The notes beneath the pieces were generated by a model, which was given only the letters and a program-made list of their open reading frames with translations, was not told the DNA's origin and made no database searches. 64,000 bases of DNA from Bdellovibrionota bacterium. Its GTDB lineage: Bacteria > Bdellovibrionota_C > UBA2361 > JBGSMV01. The stretch is taken from contig JBGSMV010000029.1 of the NCBI GenBank assembly GCA_041739995.1, positions 120,294-184,293 of the forward strand, written 5' to 3'. Below are positions 19,468-29,096 of the stretch, in pieces. Every line of letters begins with the position of its first letter. Position 1 is the stretch's first letter. Both the position numbers and the translations under genes were made by a program.

Positions 19468-21165
19468 TCAGCCCGGTTTGCTCTTGGACCGACGTGCTGT
19501 GCTGCGTATAGAGCGTAGCAGCGCTAACATCTCCTTGAGTTCCTTACTACCAAAAACCGCGCTAAGGGCCACATAAAGTACCACACACACGGGGACTCCC
19601 ACTAAAACCTGGGTCCAGGCTGTACTGCCTTGAAGTACAAGCTGTGGGATCGCCGTGGCTAAGATTCCTAAGCTGCAGCACTGCAATGCCGCCAAAGTAG
19701 GGGCTAACCATGAAAGCGAGACTCTGCGAGACAACAGAATCGCGGCAAGGAGAAAGGAAGTCCAAGCTCCTGCGCTTGAGGCAAGTGCCAGGCCTATGTG
19801 TCCGTACGATTGGGCAATGCCGTTGGCCGAAAGATACTTATGCGCAGCGGTAAGCATGGAGAGCACAAACCCCTCTGGGGGATGGCCTGCGGAAGGATTT
19901 CCCATCAGTACGAGGGAAGAAAATACGACGATCGATAAGGAGAAAAGCCCAATTACCATAGGAGTGACGGTGTCCTGACGCGCGATGAATGCTCGAGAAA
20001 GCAACGAGTAAATGCTCATGGCCCATATGCCAAAAGCATAGGCTTGAATTGCACTGCTGGTGCGGGCAACGGAGAGTGCGTCGAAGGCGCCACGCTCAAA
20101 CGCCACTGATACCAGCGCAGGGGCGAAGAAAAAGAGCCCGCAGCTTACTGGAAAAATGACGAAGCTGGTGATTCTCAGAGAGGACTGAAGCTTTGAGACG
20201 AACGTTGATTCATCCTTGTCTGCGCTTGCGTGTGAGAGTGCGGGCAACAGCACAGACGCTAACGCAATCGAAAAAATCCCAATGGGAAGCTGTACCAATC
20301 GGTCAGCATAAAAAAGCCAGGACACGCTGCCGGTCTCAAGCGTTGAAGCAAAAACCGTATTCAGAAATATGCCGATTTGATAGACTGCGGCACCTATGAG
20401 CGCCGGCCCGACAAGTGTCAGCATTTTCCGGGAGGCGGGGGTGAGTGGAGAGCGAGATAGTTTTAATTGAAAGCCAGCTTTGCGAAGTGCAGGGAGCTGG
20501 CTTACCACCTGAACGAGTCCTCCCGCCAACACGGAGACGGCGAGTATTACTGCTGCCGCTCGTTGTTCCATAAATTGGGCTAAGACCGCGCCGAGAATCA
20601 GGCAGGCATTCATGAAGACTTGCGCCATGGCGGCGGCTCCGAAAATGCCGCTGGCATTTAGAGCGCCATTTAAAAGTGCGACAAAACTCACGCAGATTAC
20701 GAATGGCAGCATCAACTGAGTCAGCTGCACACACAGTGCAAACTGTTCGGGATCGCGTCGAAATCCGGGAGCTATGATCTCAATAAGTGGCTCAGCGTAG
20801 AGCGAGCCGAGAAGTGCGAGGGCTAGGGTGACGGTTAAGAGCAACGTTGCGAAAGAACTGAGAGCGGACTGAGCAGCAGCTCGACTTTCCTTTAGCTCAC
20901 TGGTGAATACGGGGAGAAAAGCGGAAGTCATCGCACCTTCGGCCACGAAACTTCTTAATACATTGGGAATACGAAACGCTACGAAAAAGGCGTCAGCGAC
21001 CGGAGAGGCGCCAAACATGCGCGCGACCAAGAGATCTCTAATAAATCCAAGGAAGCGGCTGACTACGGTAAGCGAGCTTACCAAAGCGGCGGAGCGAGCC
21101 GTCGAAGTAGGTTTAATTGAAGCAGGTTTGGAGCTGGTGCTCCGTATTGTTGGGGTCTCTGCCAT
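19468..21165 (-). CDS. murJ: Lipid II flippase MurJ
   Basis: SRFLGFIRD, DAFFVAFRIPN..R..VAEGA and YADRLVQLPIG. Confidence 0.95.
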   Translation of the reverse strand: MAETPTIRSTSSKPASIKPTSTARSAALVSSLTVVSRFLGFIRDLLVARMFGASPVADAFFVAFRIPNVLRSFVAEGAMTSAFLPVFTSELKESRAAAQSALSSFATLLLTVTLALALLGSLYAEPLIEIIAPGFRRDPEQFALCVQLTQLMLPFVICVSFVALLNGALNASGIFGAAAMAQVFMNACLILGAVLAQFMEQRAAAVILAVSVLAGGLVQVVSQLPALRKAGFQLKLSRSPLTPASRKMLTLVGPALIGAAVYQIGIFLNTVFASTLETGSVSWLFYADRLVQLPIGIFSIALASVLLPALSHASADKDESTFVSKLQSSLRITSFVIFPVSCGLFFFAPALVSVAFERGAFDALSVARTSSAIQAYAFGIWAMSIYSLLSRAFIARQDTVTPMVIGLFSLSIVVFSSLVLMGNPSAGHPPEGFVLSMLTAAHKYLSANGIAQSYGHIGLALASSAGAWTSFLLAAILLSRRVSLSWLAPTLAALQCCSLGILATAIPQLVLQGSTAWTQVLVGVPVCVVLYVALSAVFGSKELKEMLALLRSIRSTARRSKSKPG

Positions 21166-21251
21166 ACGTGGCAGGAGGATCGCATGCGGGCGCTGCCCAG
21201 AAAAGGGTGAATGGCAGCCTTCAAGAGGGGAATCGGGATGTCCTGAAGCGG

Positions 21252-23471
21252 CTATTCGCCGCGTTCAAGCAGACGATGCACGCGTGCCAGCATCACTCGG
21301 CTGTCGGAGGCTTTGCTGACAAAATCATCAGCACCACTATTGAGAGAGGACAGCTCATTCTCCTCACCGTCGGCTGCGGTAAGCATCAGCACGGGAATCT
21401 CTCTGGCGCGCTTGTCCTTGCGAAGGCGTTGAAGGAATTCGATGCCGCCCATGCGCGGCATCATAAGGTCACACAGAATCAGCTCTGGGATTTTGTCAAA
21501 TACCTTCTCTAGTGCATCGAGGCCATCTTCTGCCTCAACTACCTCGAACATTTCTCGTTTCAGTAGCATGGAAAGAACCGTGCGGGTGTTCTCGTCATCC
21601 TCGATCAGCAGGATTCTGCGTCTTGAAAGCGCCGAAGTATTGGTGGAAGCTTTCGAAGAGCGGCCAAGCCGTGCTTGTTGGGCCTGGTCCTCGGCTACAA
21701 GAATCTCAAGAGATCCCAGACCACGCTCGAGCTCCTCTAGGGAAGTGACCCCTTCATTGACCAGTCCTACCCCGGCCTCCAAGAGTGAGTGAAATCCATT
21801 TTCGCGGGCGATGCTCTCAATTTCAGCTTCGCCTTTGTTGAGCCGTATGGCTTCGCGCACTGAGTCGTTAACATCCAATATGCTATAGACACCCACGCGA
21901 CCGTTGTACCCTGAGTCGTCGCAGTCTTCGCACCCTTTAGCTTGCTTCACGGTGTTGGCGTCGATGCCGAGTGATTTCTGTAGTTCGGTACTGTAGGTGC
22001 AGCCACCGACCGCGCAGCGCTGGCAAAGGCGTCTTACGAGGCGCTGCGCAACGACGGTGCCGACGGAGGAGGCGATAATATAGGGGGCGAGGCCAATATC
22101 CTGCAGTCGGGTAAAAGCACTTGCGGCGGAATTGGTATGGAGGGTTGAGAGCACAAGGTGACCGGTCTGCGCCGCTTGCATAGCCATTTCGGCGGTCTCA
22201 GTATCGCGAATCTCTCCCACCATGATTACGTCAGGGTCTTGTCTCAGGATTGAGCGTAGTCCTTCAGCAAAGGACACATTGACCTTGGTATTCACTTGGA
22301 TTTGGTTGATACCCTCAATTTTATATTCAATTGGATCTTCCACGGTTACAATTGAGTTTGTGCCGTCATGCAGCATCATGAGTGTGGCGTACAGCGTGGA
22401 GGTTTTGCCTGACCCGGTCGGTCCGGTCACTAGTACCACTCGGGCGGAGCTTTTCAGGACGGTTTCTAATTGCTGCTGAGTATGTGGATCGAGTCCGAGC
22501 GAAGAGAAATTAAGCTTGGTTGCGTCGGTTGAGAGTATGCGTATCACTACACTCTCGCCGAAGGCGGTAGGGACAGTGGAGACACGCAGGTCCTTCACTC
22601 CGCTAGATGCCTTGACTCGCATTCTGCCATCTTGGGGTCGTCGTCGCTCGGCGATGTCCATACCCGCGAGCAACTTCATCCTAGAGATCACTGCATTCTG
22701 AACGCGTGCAGGAACGGTGAATAGAGGATGCATGATGCCATCGACCCGGATCTGAATCGTGATTACCTCGCTCTCAGGCACGACGTGAATATCACTGGCG
22801 CGCTTTTGAATTGCATCCGCAATAATTTTATTTGCCAACCGCACAACCGGTGCTGCGGAGAGATCTGAACTGGTGAGAGTGGTGTCGAACTCGGAGAAGT
22901 CGTCTCCCGCGGCATTTTCTGACGGAGGCGTGTTGAGGCTGAGGCCCTCTGAATCTTTGTATACCAAGGATGCAAGATCTTTGTCCGTGGTAGCTGAACG
23001 ATGCGATCCAAGCACCTCTCGAATCGATTCCTCTCGTGCAATCGCGGGGCGTACCGCGAGCCCGGTGGTTTCACGAATTCGTTGAAGGATCTGAAAGTCG
23101 AGAGGATTCGCGAACGCAACGGTGAGATGGGTGCCCTCAATCACGATAGGGACCGCACGGAGATCGTCCCAGATCTGTGGGCTCAGGCCCGCTAGTTTTG
23201 AATCTTTAAGTAACTGCGCTGATTTCTCTCTGGCATTTTTTTCAAGCGGCATCAGCGGAATGCTCAGCTTCTCAGCGAGAGCTTTAAGCGCTGATTGCTC
23301 GTCGAACTTGGACAAACGCGCGTACCACCAAATCGGGTGGAAGCCATCGCGCAACATTCTCTCTACCTCTGTGCCGAACGAGCTTTCTTCAATGTCGGTA
23401 AGCAGTCCCTCTTTGGCAAGCATATGACAAAGTCGGACATGCACGTCTTTTGAGATCTTCCACTGTGACAT
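21252..23471 (-). CDS. PilB/GspE-family secretion ATPase with C-terminal receiver domain
   Basis: ASDIH, AERRRPQDG, TGPTGSGKT, EDPIE, LRQDPDVIMVGEIRD, TGHLVLSTLHTN and a CxxC..CxxC Zn motif. C-terminal REC: LIEDD...DLMMPRMGG...FVSK. Confidence 0.92.
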   Translation of the reverse strand: MSQWKISKDVHVRLCHMLAKEGLLTDIEESSFGTEVERMLRDGFHPIWWYARLSKFDEQSALKALAEKLSIPLMPLEKNAREKSAQLLKDSKLAGLSPQIWDDLRAVPIVIEGTHLTVAFANPLDFQILQRIRETTGLAVRPAIAREESIREVLGSHRSATTDKDLASLVYKDSEGLSLNTPPSENAAGDDFSEFDTTLTSSDLSAAPVVRLANKIIADAIQKRASDIHVVPESEVITIQIRVDGIMHPLFTVPARVQNAVISRMKLLAGMDIAERRRPQDGRMRVKASSGVKDLRVSTVPTAFGESVVIRILSTDATKLNFSSLGLDPHTQQQLETVLKSSARVVLVTGPTGSGKTSTLYATLMMLHDGTNSIVTVEDPIEYKIEGINQIQVNTKVNVSFAEGLRSILRQDPDVIMVGEIRDTETAEMAMQAAQTGHLVLSTLHTNSAASAFTRLQDIGLAPYIIASSVGTVVAQRLVRRLCQRCAVGGCTYSTELQKSLGIDANTVKQAKGCEDCDDSGYNGRVGVYSILDVNDSVREAIRLNKGEAEIESIARENGFHSLLEAGVGLVNEGVTSLEELERGLGSLEILVAEDQAQQARLGRSSKASTNTSALSRRRILLIEDDENTRTVLSMLLKREMFEVVEAEDGLDALEKVFDKIPELILCDLMMPRMGGIEFLQRLRKDKRAREIPVLMLTAADGEENELSSLNSGADDFVSKASDSRVMLARVHRLLERGE

Positions 23472-23980
23472 AATGAAGTAGTCCTTTGATGGGCATCAAG
23501 GCAGAGATATCCCACGCACGAACGATGAGCATCTTCGCGCCATGTTTCTCTGGGAGCCTCCCCAAGAGATCTTCGGCATCTAGGTGGATTTGCTATAGGG
23601 CAGGATTGACGCGAGAATTTTGCCTTTTGAGAGAGCGAGCCTCGCAGGTAACATGTTGATACAATTGCATGTAGTAAGGGGTAGGGAGCGCTCGTCCTCG
23701 CCTCCCACCGAAGGCGAGCATGGTAGCTGAACGGGGGGGGCTAAAAATGTGAATTTAGTTCGTTCTTTAGATGAGTTACAGAGCACAGAAGTGGTTGAGG
23801 CCGGCATAACAGAGCGTCGACTACCGTTTCTTAAGTCTGGTCACTATGGAGTCTGTGACACAGCCTTGTTTGTGAGAGTCCGCCTTGGCTCGCATTTTAC
23901 TATGCGGTTATTTGATTTGAGTAGGCTTGCGCGGGACGTCGTAGTCTGCGCCTGCGTCATAGACTGCTAGGAAATCTGGA

Positions 23981-26038
23981 ATGGGCCCATCGAAAGAGCC
24001 AAGTGTAAACGTCACCGGGAGTTTTCTTTCCCCGCGTGCTCGCGCCTGTGGCCTCGAAGGAGTAGTTCGAGAGGCATTGGTGGAGCAGGGGGTAGCGCAG
24101 GGTGAGAAGCTGGAGTGCTTTTTAAACAGCACGCCCTGCGTTCTTAAGTTGCGCGGCGTTCCTCCGACACGAGAAGCGGTTCTTTCTTTCTCGGGAGACC
24201 AGCGGGTGATTGTGAGGCTTTCGCTCAACACTCTGTCAGGAGCTCAGCAAATGCTGGTTGACGAATTGCTGAGTGGAAAGCGGCAGGACGAAAGAGGGCA
24301 GCCCGCCGAGCATGATCTCACATTGCAGCTGAAACGACCGTTAGATCTATTGTCCTCTCATGAACGAATTACCGTAGTGATTGCTCAGTGCATTGCGGGT
24401 ACCAGAGCGTCTGAGCTAAAGCCCTCCTTACCAATTGATGGATTTGGGCCAGCGGAGCATCAGCTGCTCGCACGTGGATTGCTCGCCGAGCGTTATGCCG
24501 CAGCAGGGCGAAAGAGCGAGGCGCAAGCTCTCTACCAAGAACTTCTTGAGGATGGTTGTGAGCGACTTGAAAGGATCGCAAAGGAGGGATTAAGCCGAGA
24601 GCGCTCCATTAAAGTCCTTGGCGAACTCTATGGTTATCTTCTTTCGGGGGCAGTACGCGGGGGAAATGGAGATCTTGTCGCACAATGCACTAAAGCGATT
24701 GCAGCCACCCTGCCTGAGTTGAACGAGAATATCGAGAGAGCGGCCTTTCTCTTTTTCGGTGATGACGCTTTATCTGAGATGGTTTCTGCTCGAAGAACGC
24801 CCGCTGCGCTTGGAATCATAAGCGAACTGCCACTTGAGGCGCAGGGCCAGACTATGATTACGTTATTCTATTCTCTTGATTCGGGCGTATCTCCAAGTAG
24901 CTTTACGTTACTTGCAGAGTTCGTGGAGCAGTTAGAGCTACAGCTTCAGATCGAGTCAATCGATCGTGAAGATAACGAGGACTTAATTGAAAAGCTGCGT
25001 AACGCCTGTGTGGTTACTGGGCTGCGTCTTGGGTACCGGAACCCAGAAGATCTTGGTGCAGACCCTCACCTGGACTTGTTCAACGGCACTGTCGCTGGTG
25101 TCCTTGCGGGAGCGCATCTGCTTCGAGGGAGTGCGGCGGATGCAAAGTCTGTGTTCGATGAGTTTTGTCGCCGCGAATCTGGTGAGGATCGAGAGCGGGA
25201 GAGTCGCGAATTTATTGAAGGCATTCTTAAAGTCACGCCGCTTGGATATTCGCTGGCGGAAGAAGCACTTTTTGATCTCACCAAACCGGCCACCATCGTT
25301 GAAGATTCTTTTAAGATTATTTGTGCGGCTTTTGAGGCAGGAGCTGCCAAATGGAGTGAGGAAAGACTTGATCGATGGTTGAGTGAGCTTCCATCGCCTG
25401 AACCGAGTGACATGAGCTCTTCCAAGACTGGTTCATTTAGTTGGGCTTTGAAAGAGGGACTCCTCTGCTTAGGCCGACAGTCCGATAATTTTGAGCATCG
25501 GGGCCCGCTATTTACCAGACTCTTCGATACGTTTGTTCCACACTTCGGTGAAAGTCGTGGCGACCTCGCATTGATGCAGCGATTTTTTGCTTTCGCCGGA
25601 GAGTATGGATTGCTGGAGACGCTCTCTAGACTCGATCGTCATCGGCAATGCTCACCGCTAAAACGCTTTGAACTTTGCCTTGCGACCATAAAATCGAGAG
25701 CTTCTGAAGGGTCCCCAGAACTTGCGAGCAAAGCGGTTCGTGCCGCGCAAAAATTACTTATTGATTCAGCCGAAGATGGCGCTCACGGAAGAGCCGTTGG
25801 TTTTGAGCCGCTGCTCCACGATGAGGATGTGTTTCAGGGTTTTGTTCGTCAAAAGGCACGACTGTTGGAAGCGGTTCTTATCGCAAATCTTTCACCCGCA
25901 AGCGAAGAAATTGCAGACTCATTGATTGGAAACGCAGGTATGGCAAATCCAGATCTGTTGCCTTCGCTCACCTACGGAGTTGCGGTGACGCTGCGCCGCT
26001 GGGAATTAAAGAAAGATCAGCCGTCAATTCTGAAGTAG
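23981..26038 (+). CDS. Hypothetical helical protein
   Basis: 685-aa ORF; no recognised motif. Confidence 0.7.
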   Translation: MGPSKEPSVNVTGSFLSPRARACGLEGVVREALVEQGVAQGEKLECFLNSTPCVLKLRGVPPTREAVLSFSGDQRVIVRLSLNTLSGAQQMLVDELLSGKRQDERGQPAEHDLTLQLKRPLDLLSSHERITVVIAQCIAGTRASELKPSLPIDGFGPAEHQLLARGLLAERYAAAGRKSEAQALYQELLEDGCERLERIAKEGLSRERSIKVLGELYGYLLSGAVRGGNGDLVAQCTKAIAATLPELNENIERAAFLFFGDDALSEMVSARRTPAALGIISELPLEAQGQTMITLFYSLDSGVSPSSFTLLAEFVEQLELQLQIESIDREDNEDLIEKLRNACVVTGLRLGYRNPEDLGADPHLDLFNGTVAGVLAGAHLLRGSAADAKSVFDEFCRRESGEDRERESREFIEGILKVTPLGYSLAEEALFDLTKPATIVEDSFKIICAAFEAGAAKWSEERLDRWLSELPSPEPSDMSSSKTGSFSWALKEGLLCLGRQSDNFEHRGPLFTRLFDTFVPHFGESRGDLALMQRFFAFAGEYGLLETLSRLDRHRQCSPLKRFELCLATIKSRASEGSPELASKAVRAAQKLLIDSAEDGAHGRAVGFEPLLHDEDVFQGFVRQKARLLEAVLIANLSPASEEIADSLIGNAGMANPDLLPSLTYGVAVTLRRWELKKDQPSILK

Positions 26039-26070
26039 GGGCGAGGCAGACGAGGATTCGAGGTTGATTC

Positions 26071-26685
26071 TCATAACCATGCTTTCAGCTCCAGCCAGCG
26101 CCGCCATGATTTTCGATACACCGCACAGAGCAGCAGCACATTCACCACTAGAAGATAGATTTGAAAAGCAGAGTTCTCGATATTCCATACCGGAATTGAA
26201 GGAATAACGAGCGCCACACTTACGAAGCTGGCTACATAGACCATTCCTGTTTCGGTCTCCGGAAACTTCCAGGCCTTGATGAGCGTGGGAATGGAAGCGA
26301 AGCCATCCGCTATCGCTGCGAATAAAATGGCAAGTCGTGGCGAGTCAACTGCTCCCCAAACGACCAACGCGAGAATCGAAAACGCGCCACATATCACGTC
26401 GAAAGCGGAAAGCTTCCAATAGCTCTGTCGATTCATGAAAGAAGCAAGGACGACAAGCAAGGGAATGAATCCCGCTAGAAATATTCTGGCCGTTGCCCAC
26501 AAGTCAGCATCAGACGCGAGGGCAGCGAAGGTTCCGATGAGTGGAGCGACCGCCCACATGGTCCAGGAGACTCGGTTCGGCTTGGTCTTACCCGAAAGTG
26601 TATCTCTGATGTACGCGAGCGCCCCGGCAACGCTAATGAGAGCGCTTAAAACTACGAGCCAATGAACAACGGAGAGTTTGAGCAC
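26071..26685 (-). CDS. Integral membrane protein
   Basis: About 7 hydrophobic helices; TKPNRVSW and PTLIKAWKFPETET motifs (PQ-loop-like duplicated pattern). Confidence 0.8.
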   Translation of the reverse strand: MLKLSVVHWLVVLSALISVAGALAYIRDTLSGKTKPNRVSWTMWAVAPLIGTFAALASDADLWATARIFLAGFIPLLVVLASFMNRQSYWKLSAFDVICGAFSILALVVWGAVDSPRLAILFAAIADGFASIPTLIKAWKFPETETGMVYVASFVSVALVIPSIPVWNIENSAFQIYLLVVNVLLLCAVYRKSWRRWLELKAWL

Positions 26686-26766
26686 GTGGGTTATTAGCGC
26701 GAAAGCACCCTAAAGGTCGAGGATAATTACGATTGAGGCGGTTGGCCTTGTGAAGCCTTGGAGAAT

Positions 26767-27810
26767 CTACAGACCTGCAGGAAGCGGAATCTTCGCAATC
26801 TGCTGCCGACAGATTTCTTCAAGGTTGGCAGAGCCGAATCTGCTTACATCCATCTCATGGAAGCGTTCACGCAGAAGATCCTTAAAAGTCACACCCTTCT
26901 TGGCGAGCCCTAGGGTTTGGGTCCAATAGTCCATGACGTCTTCAAAGTACTCGACAATGTCGAAGGCGCGGGAGCCGGCGTCGTAGATCGTGCATCTCTC
27001 AAGCGGAAAGCTTGGCTTCTCGTACTGAGACTCAATGAACTCAGGCGTAAGCAGCGCGTTGGTGCGAAGCAGGTCAGTGCCGTCGAGCTTGATGCGCATC
27101 GGGGTACTAAACGTTGCCATTTGAAAGATGCCCTCCAGATAGACAACCGTGGCTCCAGTATATGCATCGAAGGTTTCGCGGTATGAGCGATCGAGCTCTT
27201 CGAGCACTTCATGGGCCCGAGGAGATCCGATAGTGAATAGCGTAATGCCCGACACCTGTACGCCATGGTCCAGAGAAGACTCGGCCATCTTGCGAAGACC
27301 GTGCTGGAGGCTGGTGCCAGTTGCAACCACGTCTCCGAATATGACGTGTGTTGAGTCGTGCAAAGAAAGTTTCTGATAACCGCTCTCGGTGATTATCCAG
27401 TCCGGCGACTCAGAGCTTTTGCGAATGCGCTGCGCCGAGACGAAAGCAGATGCGTGGTACGAAAAGTCGAACGCGTCGGCGACTGCTTCGCGTAAGCCGA
27501 AATTTAAACCGCCGCGAAGTATGTGCAGGATGATAGTCTGCTGTTCCTGTAGAGATAACATCTTTAGAGAACGCAGAGCCTGAAGTGCTTTCGTGCAGCC
27601 CTTTTGCAGCGCTCGGGTGTAGGCGATTCCAGCAAGAAACGGATCGTTGCAAATCGCCCTGGTTTCAGGCGTCGAGAGAACAAACTTCTGAATGGCCGAC
27701 GCTCCGGGCTCTTTCACCTTGTAGAGGGAGCATTCGGGAGAAGCGGTCAGCGTCTCAAGCGACAAGTTCTGTAAGGAGGCATCCTGCGCTGAGGTCATAT
27801 CGGCTACCAT
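26767..27810 (-). CDS. Type I phosphoribosyltransferase-fold protein (UPRTase-like, divergent)
   Basis: ILRGGLNF and a PRPP-loop-like VIFGDVVATGTSL. Confidence 0.7.
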   Translation of the reverse strand: MVADMTSAQDASLQNLSLETLTASPECSLYKVKEPGASAIQKFVLSTPETRAICNDPFLAGIAYTRALQKGCTKALQALRSLKMLSLQEQQTIILHILRGGLNFGLREAVADAFDFSYHASAFVSAQRIRKSSESPDWIITESGYQKLSLHDSTHVIFGDVVATGTSLQHGLRKMAESSLDHGVQVSGITLFTIGSPRAHEVLEELDRSYRETFDAYTGATVVYLEGIFQMATFSTPMRIKLDGTDLLRTNALLTPEFIESQYEKPSFPLERCTIYDAGSRAFDIVEYFEDVMDYWTQTLGLAKKGVTFKDLLRERFHEMDVSRFGSANLEEICRQQIAKIPLPAGL

Positions 27811-27926
27811 TGTCTTTGAAGTTGAAAATGTTTCCTAGGCTCGAGGCGGTTATTTCGTTGTTATGTCGAACCCGATTCTATTTCTGTCGCCCGGGAACCA
27901 ATGCGGTCCCGTCACGGGGCGGAAAG

Positions 27927-28060
27927 CGAGTGTTCTGAGTCAGAAGTTAGTCTAAGTATTTTGCTCGCTGAACTCATTGTGTAATTCATTAAATATCTTC
28001 ACAAAGAGAGCAGCGAGCGCGGCGAGAATTATTCATCGAACTCTTAACTCAGGACACTGG
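27927..28060. repeat. Palindromic MITE/ERIC-like element, copy 3
   Basis: Ends CGAGTGTTCTGAGTCAGAAGTT...AACTCTTAACTCAGGACACTGG. Core CTCGCTGAACTCATTGTG is identical to copy 1. Confidence 0.8.
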
Positions 28061-28121
28061 TATCTTACCGCTCGACCTTCAGATCCCCAGAGGCAGATCT
28101 AGAGAGAATGTTCTGGTTCGT

Positions 28122-28706
28122 TTATTTAAAACGTCGAGAAACATCATCCCAATTTATGACTTGAGTGAAAGCCTCCACATAGGCGGCACGGTTGTTTTGG
28201 TACTTCAGGTAGTAGGCGTGCTCCCACACGTCGCAGACCAGTAGCGGGGTGCTGACCCATTGCGAGAGGTCCTGGTGCTTTTCTGCCGTCAGAATTTCAA
28301 GCGCTTTAGTCATTTGGTTTTGCACGAGCAGTACCCAGCCTGAGCCTTCGACTGCGGCACCTGCGGCCTTAAAATGTGCCATGAAGGAATCAAAAGAGCC
28401 GAAGCGCTGGGTGAGAGCCTCCATGAGCGCTCCGCTTGGCTTCCCACCGCCATTGGGGCTCATGTTCTCCCAAAAAATGACATGAAGAAAATGGCCTGCA
28501 CCATGAAAGGCGGCTTCCCGTTCCCAATGCTTTACGAGAGAGAAGTCATTTTTCGCACGGGCTTCGGCGAGCTTCGCTTCGGCGTTGTTGAGACCGTTTA
28601 CATAGCCAAGGTGATGCTTGTCGTGATGAAGACGCATGGTCTGTTCATCGATATGAGGCTCAAGCGCATTATAGGCATAAGGGAGAGGGGGAAGTTCGTG
28701 TGTCAT
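28122..28706 (-). CDS. sodA: Fe/Mn superoxide dismutase
   Basis: LPPLPYAYNALEPHI, HHDKHH, GSGW and DVWEHAYY. Metal specificity not determined. Confidence 0.95.
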   Translation of the reverse strand: MTHELPPLPYAYNALEPHIDEQTMRLHHDKHHLGYVNGLNNAEAKLAEARAKNDFSLVKHWEREAAFHGAGHFLHVIFWENMSPNGGGKPSGALMEALTQRFGSFDSFMAHFKAAGAAVEGSGWVLLVQNQMTKALEILTAEKHQDLSQWVSTPLLVCDVWEHAYYLKYQNNRAAYVEAFTQVINWDDVSRRFK

Positions 28707-29096
28707 AAATAATCCTCCGGCTAAAAGTTGTCGCTGGGAGCTGCCCCTGAGCGGCGAGTGGCGCTGGTAGTGTACTGAACACCTCTATGGGGTGTCAAAG
28801 CACCCGGGCCTGCCTCATGTATGAGGTGGATAGCGGAAAATGCTGTCTCAGAGAGTCCGGCGGAACCCTCTGGTAACTGCCAAGAGGGTGCCAATGTTCA
28901 TTTACGTCTCTTTTGGAAGCCCATTTAGTACCTAGGCCATAGCCGGATTCTTAGGGTTCCGAGGCAGGGAGTCTGTCTGCTACTGTTCCACGGCTCGTCC
29001 CTACTTGTGCCCAAGGCAGGTACGGTCTTAGATTGCCGCTGGGGCGTGCGTAGCCCGGAATGTATTTACAGAGCCCAGTTTAGAAGGCCCAGTCCA

